NCBI GenBank assembly: GCA_041661745.1
Contig: JBAZTR010000001.1
Location: 186,471-250,470, forward strand
From: Patescibacteria group bacterium
GTDB taxonomy: Bacteria > Patescibacteriota > Patescibacteriia > UBA9934 > GWF2-40-263
Direction: 5' to 3'
Length of the DNA: 64,000 nt
Shown here piece after piece: positions 27,419-36,680 of the stretch (the first letter of the stretch is position 1; the number at the start of each line of letters is the position of its first letter). A model generated the notes under the pieces. It was given only the letters and a program-made list of their open reading frames with translations, ran no database searches and had not been told where the DNA came from. The position numbers and the translations under genes were made by a program.

Positions 27419-28381
27419 TTAAAAACCCAAATATTCAACTTCTTCTTCCAATTGAATCCCGAAACGATCGCGGGCGTTCATTTTGACAATGGAAATAAGT
27501 TGCATTACGTCATCAGCCCTGGCATCACCAGTGTTAACAATAAAATTTCCGTGTTCTTCACTAATTTTTGCTCCATCAATTTGTTTGCCTTTCAAATCCA
27601 TTTGTTCAATTAGCCAACCGGCAGAAATTTGCCCCTTAGCCAACATCTCCGGCGGAATATCAGCGTCTTGTTTAATACGATCGATTTCGCCATCCCTTAT
27701 TTTATAATTTTTAAAGACACAACCAGCCGAACCACCGTAAAAGGGTTGTGAGGCTTTGCGCTTGGCAATAAGTTCTTCTATTTTGGTTTTAAGAACAATT
27801 GGATCACCGGGCTTTAGTTCAAGTGTTACTGAAATGACAATGTCTCTGGAATGTTTAATGGCTGAATCGCGATAGCCAAAATTCATTTCATGATTATTTA
27901 AAGTAACCGGTTTACCATCGCGCAATACCGCCACCTCTTTTATAGTATCTTTCATTTCTCCCCCGAAACACCCAGCGTTACCACGAACTGCACCACCAAT
28001 GGTACCCGGCAAAGTCACCGCCCATTCAAAACCAGCCAAGCCGGCTTCGGCCGTGGCCCGAGCCAAAGCACCAGTCGGCACCCCGGCTTCGGCCATAACC
28101 GTTGTTCCCTCAATTTTATAATTACGCATGGCCAATTGAACCACCAAACCATCGAAGCCGGTGTCGCTGGCTAAAGTATTCGAACCGCCGCCCATGACAA
28201 ACCATTTGATACCGCTTTGTCCAGCCAATTGAATAGCTTTAAAAACCTCGTCGCTATTTTTTGCTTCGATAAACCAACGCGCCGGCCCGCCAATACGAAA
28301 ATTAGTGTGTTTGGATAAAAGCTCGTTTTCTTTTAAACGCTCTTGAAAAAGATTTTTTAATTCATCTGAAAAGTTGTTCAT
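27419..28381 (-). CDS. murB: UDP-N-acetylenolpyruvoylglucosamine reductase MurB
   Basis: The 320-aa product has the FAD-binding and MurB C-terminal pattern (GGGSNTL, RNYKIEG, SAGCVFKN). Confidence 0.85.
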   Translation of the reverse strand: MNNFSDELKNLFQERLKENELLSKHTNFRIGGPARWFIEAKNSDEVFKAIQLAGQSGIKWFVMGGGSNTLASDTGFDGLVVQLAMRNYKIEGTTVMAEAGVPTGALARATAEAGLAGFEWAVTLPGTIGGAVRGNAGCFGGEMKDTIKEVAVLRDGKPVTLNNHEMNFGYRDSAIKHSRDIVISVTLELKPGDPIVLKTKIEELIAKRKASQPFYGGSAGCVFKNYKIRDGEIDRIKQDADIPPEMLAKGQISAGWLIEQMDLKGKQIDGAKISEEHGNFIVNTGDARADDVMQLISIVKMNARDRFGIQLEEEVEYLGF

Positions 28382-29757
28382 AAAACAATTCTTCTGGCTA
28401 AGTTATCAATATCACCGGCCCCTTGAATAATTAGGACATCATTTTCTTGAATAATTGTTTTTAACAAAAGTTCGGTGGCTGATAAATCAGAAGTAAACAT
28501 AACTTCTTTGGCAGGATATTTTTCTTTAATCGCGGCCACCAAGTCGCGTGAGGAAATGTTCATATCCTCGGTCCGGCCGGCCACTTCGAAAATTTCCGGT
28601 AAAATCAGGACGTCAGCACCGTCAAACGAATCGACAAACTCATTAAACAAACTTTTTGTTCGTTCGTGTTGATGTGGTTGGAAGCACAAGACAATGCGAC
28701 GACCGGGAAAAAATTCACGGGCGGCCTCAAGGGTTCCTTTGATGGCCGTGGGGTGGTGACCATAATCAGAGAAAACGTCAGCCCCTTGAAAATTTCCAAC
28801 TCGTTCAAAACGTCGCCAAACACCAAAAAACTTTTCTAAACCTGCTTGCACCGCGCCAAATGGGACACCGACGGCTAAAGCGGCTGTAGCCGCGGCCATG
28901 GCGTTCATGACATTAAAATTACCAGGCACTTGCAAGACAATATTGCCAAGATTGTTGTTATCAAGCCAAAATTCAAAAGTTTGTTGGCCTAAACCGGAAA
29001 TACGATTGGCCGCTCGATACTCGCCATTGTTTTCGCCAAACGAGACACTGTTTTTATAAGTTAGTGAATGACAAGTGATATCATCGGCATTAAAAACAAC
29101 TTGGCCAATTTCCGGCACCTTATCAACAAACTTCTGAAAGGCTTCGCGAATATGATCAAGATCACGATAATAATCCAAATGGTCCTCTTCAATATTCGTA
29201 ATCACGGCAAACTCGGGATTAAGATTTAAAAAGTGTTCACGGTACTCGCAAGCTTCAACAACTAACCAAGAGCCACTTTTACCAACACGTAAATTACCGT
29301 GCTTAAAAGTTGGAACTTTGGTGCCGACAATAACCGTTGGGTCAAAACCGGCTTCTTCCAAAATAAGTCCAAGCATGGCCGTGGTAGTACTTTTACCGTT
29401 AGTGCCAGCCACGGCAATGGTGCGAAACTCTTTAGTCAATTCGCCCAAAGCTTCGGGGTACGACATTTCGGGAATGCCCAGCTCACGAGCAGCCGCCCGT
29501 TCAGGATTGGTTGGCAAAACCGCCGGAGAATAAATAATAAGATCACAGTCTTCGGGCAAGTTAGCAGAATCGTGTCCGATAAAAACGCGGCGGCCATCAA
29601 ACTCAAGATCTTTGGTAACACTTGATTCCAACAAATCCGAGCCGCTGACTACGGCCCCACGGCGCGCCAAAAGTTTGGCCAAGGCTGAAACGCCAATGCC
29701 GCCGATGCCAATAATATGAATTTTTTTAGCAGTTTGAAGCATATTGGTATTCATCAT
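28378..29757 (-). CDS. murC: UDP-N-acetylmuramate--L-alanine ligase MurC
   Basis: The 459-aa product has the Mur ligase motifs GIGGIGVSALA and VAGTNGKSTTTAM. It overlaps murB by 4 nt. Confidence 0.85.
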   Translation of the reverse strand: MMNTNMLQTAKKIHIIGIGGIGVSALAKLLARRGAVVSGSDLLESSVTKDLEFDGRRVFIGHDSANLPEDCDLIIYSPAVLPTNPERAAARELGIPEMSYPEALGELTKEFRTIAVAGTNGKSTTTAMLGLILEEAGFDPTVIVGTKVPTFKHGNLRVGKSGSWLVVEACEYREHFLNLNPEFAVITNIEEDHLDYYRDLDHIREAFQKFVDKVPEIGQVVFNADDITCHSLTYKNSVSFGENNGEYRAANRISGLGQQTFEFWLDNNNLGNIVLQVPGNFNVMNAMAAATAALAVGVPFGAVQAGLEKFFGVWRRFERVGNFQGADVFSDYGHHPTAIKGTLEAAREFFPGRRIVLCFQPHQHERTKSLFNEFVDSFDGADVLILPEIFEVAGRTEDMNISSRDLVAAIKEKYPAKEVMFTSDLSATELLLKTIIQENDVLIIQGAGDIDNLARRIVL

Positions 29758-29829
29758 TTAAGCTATCATGTTTTTTGGTTTTAAGCCACATTTGTCAATC
29801 TTCGCCAACTCCAATACAATATCAATATT

Positions 29830-31074
29830 ATGTCTATCTTAAACAACTACGATCCGGACATTGCTGCGGCCTTACAAAAGGAACTGATTCGCCAGCGCGA
29901 AGGACTGGAAATGATTCCGTCGGAAAACTTTGTTTCCCCAGCCGTGCTTGAGGCCCTGGGCAGTGTGGCCACCAATAAGTATTCCGAGGGCTACCCGGGC
30001 AAGCGCTATTATGGCGGTTGTGAAAACATCGATACTATCGAAACACTTTGCATTGAACGCGCCAAACAACTTTTCGGGGCAGAACACGTTAACGTCCAAC
30101 CGCTTTCCGGAGCCCCGGCTAACATGGCGGTTTATTCAGCCTTGCTTAAACCTGGCGACACGGTGCTTGGTATGGACTTGTCGCATGGCGGACATTTAAC
30201 CCATGGTCACCCGGTAACTTTCATGGCCAAAATTTATAATTTCGTTCGCTACAAAACCGATGCCGCCGGAAAAATTGATCTTGATAATTTGCGAGCCATG
30301 GCCCAGGAGCATAAACCAAAAATGATTTTGGTTGGCTACAGTGCCTATTCCCGAGAAATCGAATACGAAAAAATTAAAGCGATTGCCGATGAGGTCGGTG
30401 CCATCACCATGGCCGACGTTGCTCATATTGCCGGCCTGATCGCCGGCGGGGTCATGAACAACCCTGTCCCATACTTTGACGTGGTCACCACCACCACTCA
30501 CAAAACCTTGCGCGGACCTCGCGGTGGCATGATCATGTGCAAGGAAAAATTTGCCAAGGATATTGATAAAGCAGTTTTCCCGGGCATGCAGGGCGGCCCA
30601 CACGAAAACAATATTGCCGCCAAAGCCGTGGCTTTTAAAGAAGCTCTTGAACCAGCTTTCAAAGAGTACGTCACGCAAATTCTTAAAAACGCCAAAATCC
30701 TGGAAACCGAGCTCACGGCTCGCGGTTACAAGCTCTGTTTTGGTGGAACCGATAACCATCTTTTGCTCATCGACCTAACCAACAAAAACATTTCCGGCAA
30801 AGAAGCACAGATTGCCCTCGATAAAGCCGGTATCACTGTTAACAAAAACATGATTCCCGATGATCCACGTTCACCAATGGATCCTTCGGGTATTCGCCTC
30901 GGCACACCAGCCCTAACCACCCGCGGCATGAAAGATGAGGAAATGAAAACTATTGCCGGTTGGATTGACGAAGCAATTATGTCAAAAGACGACGAGGCTA
31001 AACTGGCCGATATTCGCCGAAGGGTAAAAGAATTAACCGATCGCTTTCCGCTTTACCAAGACCTGTCCTATTAA
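29830..31074 (+). CDS. glyA: serine hydroxymethyltransferase
   Basis: The 414-aa product contains the PLP site ...[14 protein letters not shown] and the [12 protein letters not shown] motifs. Confidence 0.95.
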   Translation: MSILNNYDPDIAAALQKELIRQREGLEMIPSENFVSPAVLEALGSVATNKYSEGYPGKRYYGGCENIDTIETLCIERAKQLFGAEHVNVQPLSGAPANMAVYSALLKPGDTVLGMDLSHGGHLTHGHPVTFMAKIYNFVRYKTDAAGKIDLDNLRAMAQEHKPKMILVGYSAYSREIEYEKIKAIADEVGAITMADVAHIAGLIAGGVMNNPVPYFDVVTTTTHKTLRGPRGGMIMCKEKFAKDIDKAVFPGMQGGPHENNIAAKAVAFKEALEPAFKEYVTQILKNAKILETELTARGYKLCFGGTDNHLLLIDLTNKNISGKEAQIALDKAGITVNKNMIPDDPRSPMDPSGIRLGTPALTTRGMKDEEMKTIAGWIDEAIMSKDDEAKLADIRRRVKELTDRFPLYQDLSY

Positions 31075-31083
31075 ACAACAAAA

Positions 31084-31115
31084 AATCACGGAAATTATTC
31101 CGTGATTTTTATTTT
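31084..31115. terminator. bidirectional hairpin terminator between glyA and the TatD gene (ATCACGGAA..TTCCGTGAT plus T-run)
   Basis: A 9-bp perfect inverted repeat is followed by TTTTTATTTT. Confidence 0.55.
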
Positions 31116-31964
31116 GAAAAAATTTTCGGCGTTCCTTGTGGTCATCTCTATTACCTCTTCCAAGCTTTTTCCGTGAAGCTCGGCCAACTTTCGTGCCACT
31201 TCGATGACATATCTCGGCTCATTGCGCTTGCCACGGTAAGGTGGCGGCGCCAAATACGGCGCATCGGTTTCAATTAAAACCTTTTCCAGTGGCACAGCTT
31301 TGGCCACCCGCTGTACATTCGAGAGTTCGCCTTCACTTTTTTTTGGTGGAAAGGTAACAATACCGGTAAAAGAAATCAAAAAACCAAGATTAAAATAATC
31401 ATTGGCTTGGTCCAAAGTGCCGGAAAAACAATGAACCACACCACGTCGGGACAGCTTCCCTGCCTCGACATATTCGCGTAAAAGAGCGACTTGCTCTTCG
31501 TGAGCATTGCGTGAATGAATAACCAACGGCAAATTTAATTCATCAGCCAAATCGAACTGGGCCCGCAACGCAGTCTTCTGTTTTTCTTTTACCTCGTCGA
31601 TGGAGATATCTTCCGGTAAATGATAAAAATCCAAACCGCATTCACCAATGGCTATAACTTTTTTACTTTTAGCGAGCTCACGATAAAAAGCCGGATCAAA
31701 TTCTTCGCTTCTGGTTTTAATTGTAGCTGTCGGGATTTCATCATCGTCCTCAAACGACTGCTTGGAAGTGTGCGAAGGATGTAAACCGATGGTAGCCCAA
31801 ACCCCATCGTATTTTTCGGCCACCTCCACCCCGCGGCGTGAGGTATCTTGTTGTGTTCCAACAGTAATCATAAAGACGTTCTCGGAAAGAGAACGTTTTA
31901 TAACTTCATCCATGTCTTCTTTGTAAGCGTTGAAATGGATGTGACAGTGGGTGTCGATCAACAT
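31095..31964 (-). CDS. TatD-family metal-dependent hydrolase
   Basis: MLIDTHCHIH at the N-terminus and later HCFSG/ETDAPYL motifs match TatD. The start was moved to MLIDTH. The upstream 14 codons of the ORF track lie inside the repeat element. Confidence 0.8.
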   Translation of the reverse strand: MLIDTHCHIHFNAYKEDMDEVIKRSLSENVFMITVGTQQDTSRRGVEVAEKYDGVWATIGLHPSHTSKQSFEDDDEIPTATIKTRSEEFDPAFYRELAKSKKVIAIGECGLDFYHLPEDISIDEVKEKQKTALRAQFDLADELNLPLVIHSRNAHEEQVALLREYVEAGKLSRRGVVHCFSGTLDQANDYFNLGFLISFTGIVTFPPKKSEGELSNVQRVAKAVPLEKVLIETDAPYLAPPPYRGKRNEPRYVIEVARKLAELHGKSLEEVIEMTTRNAENFFKIKITE

Positions 31965-31967
31965 AAA

Positions 31968-32462
31968 GCCCTCACCCCCTTTCCCCCTCCCCCGTATACA
32001 AAACAAAAGATTATACGAAGGAGGGGGAGTAAAACTATTTAATTAATTTTTTTATTTTTTCTAGAACTAAATTCAAATCTTCAAAAATTTCTTTATTAGT
32101 AAATCTAACCACCTTATACCCAAATCCTTCTAATCGTTCTGTTCTCTCGGCGTCGCCTTCTTTCGAAACGGTCTCGTTATGGATTTCGCCATCTATTTCT
32201 ATTATCAGTCTTTTAGTTCGACAGCAGAAATCGGCGATATAATTTTCGATTCCGTATTGCCTGGAAAATTTTATTCCGAGATTATTGTCTCGCAAGTGTT
32301 CCCATAAAATTTTTTCAGTCTCAGTTTGATTAACTCTAAGAAACTGTCGGGTATTTTTTTGTTTAACTTTATTAACCAAACATTTATTCCGCATAATTCT
32401 TTCCCCTCCTTCGTATGCTTATTGCCTTCCGGCATACGGGGGAGGGGTTAGGGGTGAGGGCC
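31968..32462. mobile_element. MITE-like cassette: DUF559 gene bounded by roughly 65-bp G-rich imperfect terminal inverted repeats
   Basis: The left end is GCCCTCACCCCCTTTCCCCCTCCCCCGTATAC...TATACGAAGGAGGGGGAG. The right end reverse-complements to GGCCCTCACCCCTAACCCCTCCCCCGTATGC...CATACGAAGGAGGGGA. The element exactly fills the tatD-cvpA spacer. Confidence 0.6.
32035..32394 (-). CDS. DUF559 (Vsr/restriction-endonuclease-like fold) protein
   Basis: The 119-aa product has ...ILW..LR.NNLGIKFSRQYGIENYIADFCCRTKRLIIEIDGEIH...R...L...GYKVVRF, typical of DUF559. It is paralogous to 35257..35640. Confidence 0.75.
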   Translation of the reverse strand: MRNKCLVNKVKQKNTRQFLRVNQTETEKILWEHLRDNNLGIKFSRQYGIENYIADFCCRTKRLIIEIDGEIHNETVSKEGDAERTERLEGFGYKVVRFTNKEIFEDLNLVLEKIKKLIK

Positions 32463-32948
32463 TTAAATCCAAGGAATCATCGTCTGGATCGCTGAAGTGA
32501 CAGAATTTATATAAGAAACAACTTGTGAACCGCTAAACCAACCACCGATCAAAGTTGGAAACATGAGTTGTGCAAAATAAACGGCCGCTCCCACCAAAAC
32601 CAAACCTTCAATCAAACCCAAAATTCCACCAAGTAATTTATTTACAAAACCAACAAACGGCAGCCAACGCAGAAAACCAAATAATCTGTCGACAATCCAA
32701 AAAACAAAACCAACCAAACGCTGAGTGACAATAAGAATAAGAATGAAAAGGACAATTCCGGCCACGGTTGTATTGTTGGCAAATAAGAAACCTAGATAAT
32801 CAATCGCTAGCCCGGTATATTGACTGGCAACGATTGCTCCAACAATAAGGCCGACCCCATTACCAAGGATTCGGATAAAACCGAACCACAAGCCGTAAAA
32901 GGCAAAGGCTCCGACAAGGACGAGAAGGATTATGTCGACAAGAGACAT
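32463..32948 (-). CDS. CvpA-family (colicin V production-like) membrane protein
   Basis: 161-aa product with four TM helices. The N-terminus DIILLVLVGAFAFYGLWFGFIR is typical of CvpA. Confidence 0.65.
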   Translation of the reverse strand: MSLVDIILLVLVGAFAFYGLWFGFIRILGNGVGLIVGAIVASQYTGLAIDYLGFLFANNTTVAGIVLFILILIVTQRLVGFVFWIVDRLFGFLRWLPFVGFVNKLLGGILGLIEGLVLVGAAVYFAQLMFPTLIGGWFSGSQVVSYINSVTSAIQTMIPWI

Positions 32949-32957
32949 ATTTTAGGC

Positions 32958-33035
32958 TCAAGTATGTAGTGGGTAGTATGTAGGCAAAAGTTCTAATTAG
33001 AACTCCTGCCTACCTACTACATACTACCTACTAAA
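32958..33035. repeat. family-1 heptad repeats as an inverted pair without cargo (about 75-nt hairpin) between cvpA and metG
   Basis: AGTATGTAGTGGGTAGTATGTAGGCAAAAG, then a palindromic spacer GTTCTAATTAGAAC, then CTCCTGCCTACCTACTACATACTACCTACT. Confidence 0.7.
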
Positions 33036-33037
33036 AG

Positions 33038-34546
33038 CTAATTATTTTTAGGAAAAAGCGGCTCGCCTTTGGCGATTTTGTGGCCCGGAGTCAGTTCACC
33101 CCACACCCAAGCTGATTCAAACGATTGATTAAATTCTTTCGGGGCTTCAAGACCGAGTTGAACAAAAAGTTTCTCGGCTGTCTCGGGCATAAATGGAACC
33201 AACATCCAAGCAATGTGGCGCAGGGTTTCGAGCAAAACGTAAAGGGTGTCGTTCAACATTTTCTTTTCCTCCATTTTGGCCAACTGCCACGGTTGTTGTT
33301 GCTCAACAAATTGATTGGCTTGACGAATCAAATTCCAAATAATATCCAAGGCATCACTCAAACGATTTTCTTCAAGAGCTAAATGGTAGGCTTGCCATGC
33401 CCCGGCAAGAAACCCGTCAGCTTTTTCCGGAACAACACCGTCGGTGTATTTCTCAGTCATGGCCAGAACGCGATTTACCAAGTTGCCAAATTCGTTGGCT
33501 AACTCGTTATCATAACGGGCCACCAAACGGCTTTCCGAAAAATCACCATCCCCACCAAACGGAATTTCACGAAAAAGAAAATAACGAAGGACGTCGTTGC
33601 CGTATTTTTGGGTCATTTCAATTGGGTCAACAACATTACCAATGGACTTAGACATTTTTTGTCCATCAATAGTGAAAAAACCATGAGCAAAAACCTGCTT
33701 GGGCAATGGTAAACCGGCTGACATTAACATGGCCGGCCACAAGGCACAGTGAAATTTAATAATATCTTTACCAACCAAATGCAAATCAACCGGCCACCAT
33801 TTTTCAAAAGCCGTCGGATCATCAGCATAACCCACGCCGGAAAGATAATTGATCAGGGCATCGAACCAAACGTAAATGCGATGTTTTTCATCGCCAGGCA
33901 CGGAAATGCCCCACTCCACGGTTTCGCGAGAAATGGAAATATCCGTCATGAAGTTACGAATATAACTCAAGACTTCGTTCCGTTTGGCCTCGGGCTGAAT
34001 AAAATCAGGATGTTCACCAATGTAAGCCAACAAATCATCACGATATTTTGTTAAACGGAAAAAATAATTATTTTCTTTCAGAGCTGTTGGAGCTTTTTGA
34101 TGATCGGGACACAAACCGTTAACCAAATCAGTTTCATTTTTAAAAGCCTCACAGCCTTGGCAATACAAACCTTCATAAGAACCAAGATAAATATCACCTT
34201 TGGCTTCGACGGCTTTCCAAAACTTTTCCACGGACTGGTGATGAACTTTTTCCGTGGTGCGGATAAAACGATTATGCGTTAAACCCAACGAATCAAAAGT
34301 TCGCTCCCACAACGCCGCCATTTCGTCCAAATAACCTTGAACATCGGCGGCGCGACCAACCTTGGCCGCGGCCTCAACGTTTTTTTGGCTGTTTTCATCA
34401 GTGCCGGTTTGAAACATTACTTCCTCGCCCAGCATGCGGTGATAACGGGCCAAAATATCCGCGGCAATTGCCGTGTAAGCGTGGCCAATCGACGGCTTAC
34501 CGTTGATGTAATAAATCGGGGTGGTTATGTAAAACTTTTTGGGCAT
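33038..34546 (-). CDS. metG: methionine--tRNA ligase
   Basis: The 502-aa product has the HIGH motif PSIGHAYT, KMSKS, and the zinc knuckle CPDH...CQGC. Confidence 0.95.
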   Translation of the reverse strand: MPKKFYITTPIYYINGKPSIGHAYTAIAADILARYHRMLGEEVMFQTGTDENSQKNVEAAAKVGRAADVQGYLDEMAALWERTFDSLGLTHNRFIRTTEKVHHQSVEKFWKAVEAKGDIYLGSYEGLYCQGCEAFKNETDLVNGLCPDHQKAPTALKENNYFFRLTKYRDDLLAYIGEHPDFIQPEAKRNEVLSYIRNFMTDISISRETVEWGISVPGDEKHRIYVWFDALINYLSGVGYADDPTAFEKWWPVDLHLVGKDIIKFHCALWPAMLMSAGLPLPKQVFAHGFFTIDGQKMSKSIGNVVDPIEMTQKYGNDVLRYFLFREIPFGGDGDFSESRLVARYDNELANEFGNLVNRVLAMTEKYTDGVVPEKADGFLAGAWQAYHLALEENRLSDALDIIWNLIRQANQFVEQQQPWQLAKMEEKKMLNDTLYVLLETLRHIAWMLVPFMPETAEKLFVQLGLEAPKEFNQSFESAWVWGELTPGHKIAKGEPLFPKNN

Positions 34547-35205
34547 ACGACAATTACAAATTCGCCTTTTATACTACCTTCTTTTAATCGTTTTGTCACC
34601 TCGGAGGATGTGCCGCGATAAATGGTTTCGTGAAGTTTAGTCAGCTCGCGACCGACAACCAGTTTTCGCTCGCCGATAAGGTCCCCAAGTTCTTCCAAAG
34701 TTTTTAAGATGCGGTGCGTTGATTCGTAAAAACAAACGGTTTCTTCGGTCGCGGCGATTTTGGCAAAATACGCTTTGCGACCATTTTTGTGTGGTGGAAA
34801 GCCAAGAAACAAAAATTTGTCGGCCGGCCAACCGGAAATCGACAAAGCAGCAATGGCCGCGCACGCTCCCGGAATCGGAATAATTTGCAGTTCATCGCCT
34901 AAAGCTTTAATAGCGGCTTCAACAAACTTACCACCCGGATCAGAAATCGCCGGTGTGCCGGCATCAGTCGTTAAAGCCAACGACTTCCCTTCCTTCAACA
35001 TTTTTAATGCCTCGGCAATTCTTGCTTCGCTGGCATGTTGATTAATGGCAATCATGGGCTTTTTAATTCCCAAATGTTGGAGAATTTTTCCAGTCACCCG
35101 AGTGTCTTCACAGACAATCGCATCAACGGTTCCAAGGGTCTCGGCCGCACGGGTCGTTAAATCGGATAAGTTTCCAATTGGCGTGGCGACGATAAATAGT
35201 TTCAT
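34525..35205 (-). CDS. rsmI: 16S rRNA (cytidine1402-2'-O)-methyltransferase RsmI
   Basis: The 226-aa product has the tetrapyrrole-methylase-fold N-terminus LFIVATPIGNLSDLT...VDAIVCEDTR typical of RsmI. Confidence 0.85.
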   Translation of the reverse strand: MKLFIVATPIGNLSDLTTRAAETLGTVDAIVCEDTRVTGKILQHLGIKKPMIAINQHASEARIAEALKMLKEGKSLALTTDAGTPAISDPGGKFVEAAIKALGDELQIIPIPGACAAIAALSISGWPADKFLFLGFPPHKNGRKAYFAKIAATEETVCFYESTHRILKTLEELGDLIGERKLVVGRELTKLHETIYRGTSSEVTKRLKEGSIKGEFVIVVCPKSFT

Positions 35206-35725
35206 AGATTCCCTCTCCCCTTACCCTCCCCCGTCGTGGCAACGAGGGAGGGAGAATTATTTAAGATAAGTTTTAATTTTAATTAAAATTTTCTGCGGAT
35301 CTTCCAATACTTCTTGGTTTTTAAACCTAATAATCTTGTAGCCAAGTCTTTCTAAATTTTCTGTTCTCTCTCGATCACTTACTTTTGCTTCATAGCAATT
35401 GTGGATGTCTCCGTCTATCTCAATGATTAACTTCTTACTCCGGCAACAGAAATCGGCTATATAATTTTCTATTCCGTGCTGCCTAACAAATCTTATTCCA
35501 AGTTCGTTTCTTCGCAAATGTTGCCATAATACTGTTTCGGCATCAGTTTGGTTTTTCCGTAAAAACTGTCTGGTTACTTTTTGTTTTAGTTTATTGACTA
35601 AATGTTTTTCGAACATAACAAATAGTTCTTCCTCCCTCACTGCCGCAGTGGGGGAGGATTACCCGCCTTCGCCAAGGCTACGGCGGGTCCTCCGTAGCTT
35701 TAGCGAAGGAGGAGAGGAGAGGGCC
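35206..35725. mobile_element. second MITE-like DUF559 cassette with G-rich terminal inverted repeats
   Basis: The left end CCCTCTCCCCTTACCCTCCCCCGTCGTGGCAACGAGGGAGGGAG and the right end ...GGGGGAGG...GAAGGAGGAGAGGAGAGGGCC match the ends of the 31968-32462 element. It exactly fills the rsmI-DUF3179 spacer. Confidence 0.55.
35257..35640 (-). CDS. DUF559 (Vsr-like endonuclease fold) protein, second copy
   Basis: The 127-aa product has ...VLWQHLRRNELGIRFVRQHGIENYIADFCCRSKKLIIEIDGDIH...LGYKIIRF. Confidence 0.75.
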   Translation of the reverse strand: MREEELFVMFEKHLVNKLKQKVTRQFLRKNQTDAETVLWQHLRRNELGIRFVRQHGIENYIADFCCRSKKLIIEIDGDIHNCYEAKVSDRERTENLERLGYKIIRFKNQEVLEDPQKILIKIKTYLK

Positions 35726-36610
35726 TCAATGATTAGCCGCCCAACAAAACCAATAAGCCGTGGTCAGGGCCACTTCGTTTTCGTTCTTGTCATATCCTTT
35801 CACAGTTTCCAATTCCTCATCCCAAACAAAATCAACTTCCGTGCCACTAATAGTTTTGGCACTTTTAATATTATCTAGCGGAAAAACCTCCGAACCGTAA
35901 CTGTAGACAATGGTTTTGGCCGGATAACTCGAATCGTATTTATTCAACGGATACCAAACCGCCGGCGTGGCTGCGTAATTGCCGTATGGATTATGCGAAT
36001 AATCGCGAGCTGAACCGGTTTCGCGCGACAACACATAACCATTGGGAAAATTTTCTTTGAACGATTGCCAGGTCATGACATAAGAAGGAATGGCCGAAAG
36101 GTTATCGCCGGTCTCGGGAAGAGTTTGACCGTCAAACGAACGCCAAAGTAAATCTGTTTCTTCGGCCGTAAACAACATGGAGTTGTTATAAATTTTTCCG
36201 GAATTTTTAAAAAGCCTTTCGCTTTCGAAAACGGCCGCACTGCCACACAACGGATCATAAGAAACTAAAATCGACGAACCGTTCCAAACATCATTAACCA
36301 AATTGTGCCAAACCAAAATCTGAAAAGGATAAAACCTCGCCTGTCCCCTGCCCCCTATCCCCTCCAAAACAAGACCAAGCCCTTCATTTAACAAATAAGT
36401 GTCGGCCAACGGAACTGATTCGAAATCAGAATCATTAAGAGCAGGACGCGAGTCGTTGTCTGAACCTGTATCTATTATCGAATCTTCCAATCCTGGCTGA
36501 ACCAGATTTCGTGGCGGCAAGTGATTAAAATACTCAAAAACAAAAAAGCCGACAAAAATCGCTAAAATAACAAAAATGATCAATTTTCTCTTGTTTAAGA
36601 ATTCCTTCAC
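35726..36610 (-). CDS. hypothetical protein (DUF3179-like?), N-terminal TM
   Basis: 294-aa product. The family assignment is by vague recollection only. An internal G-tract encodes GIGGRGQARF. Confidence 0.4.
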   Translation of the reverse strand: MKEFLNKRKLIIFVILAIFVGFFVFEYFNHLPPRNLVQPGLEDSIIDTGSDNDSRPALNDSDFESVPLADTYLLNEGLGLVLEGIGGRGQARFYPFQILVWHNLVNDVWNGSSILVSYDPLCGSAAVFESERLFKNSGKIYNNSMLFTAEETDLLWRSFDGQTLPETGDNLSAIPSYVMTWQSFKENFPNGYVLSRETGSARDYSHNPYGNYAATPAVWYPLNKYDSSYPAKTIVYSYGSEVFPLDNIKSAKTISGTEVDFVWDEELETVKGYDKNENEVALTTAYWFCWAANH

Positions 36611-36617
36611 ACAAAAA

Positions 36618-36671
36618 TAGAATATCAGAAAAAAATAATACCGGCCACCTGGGGTTGAACCAGATGGCCGG
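36618..36671 (-). terminator. rho-independent terminator of the high-GC IPT/TIG gene
   Basis: On the minus strand CCGGCCATCTGGTTCAACCCCAGGTGGCCGG forms a hairpin, followed by TATTATTTTTTTTCT. Confidence 0.65.
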
Positions 36672-36680
36672 AGAGGTGCC

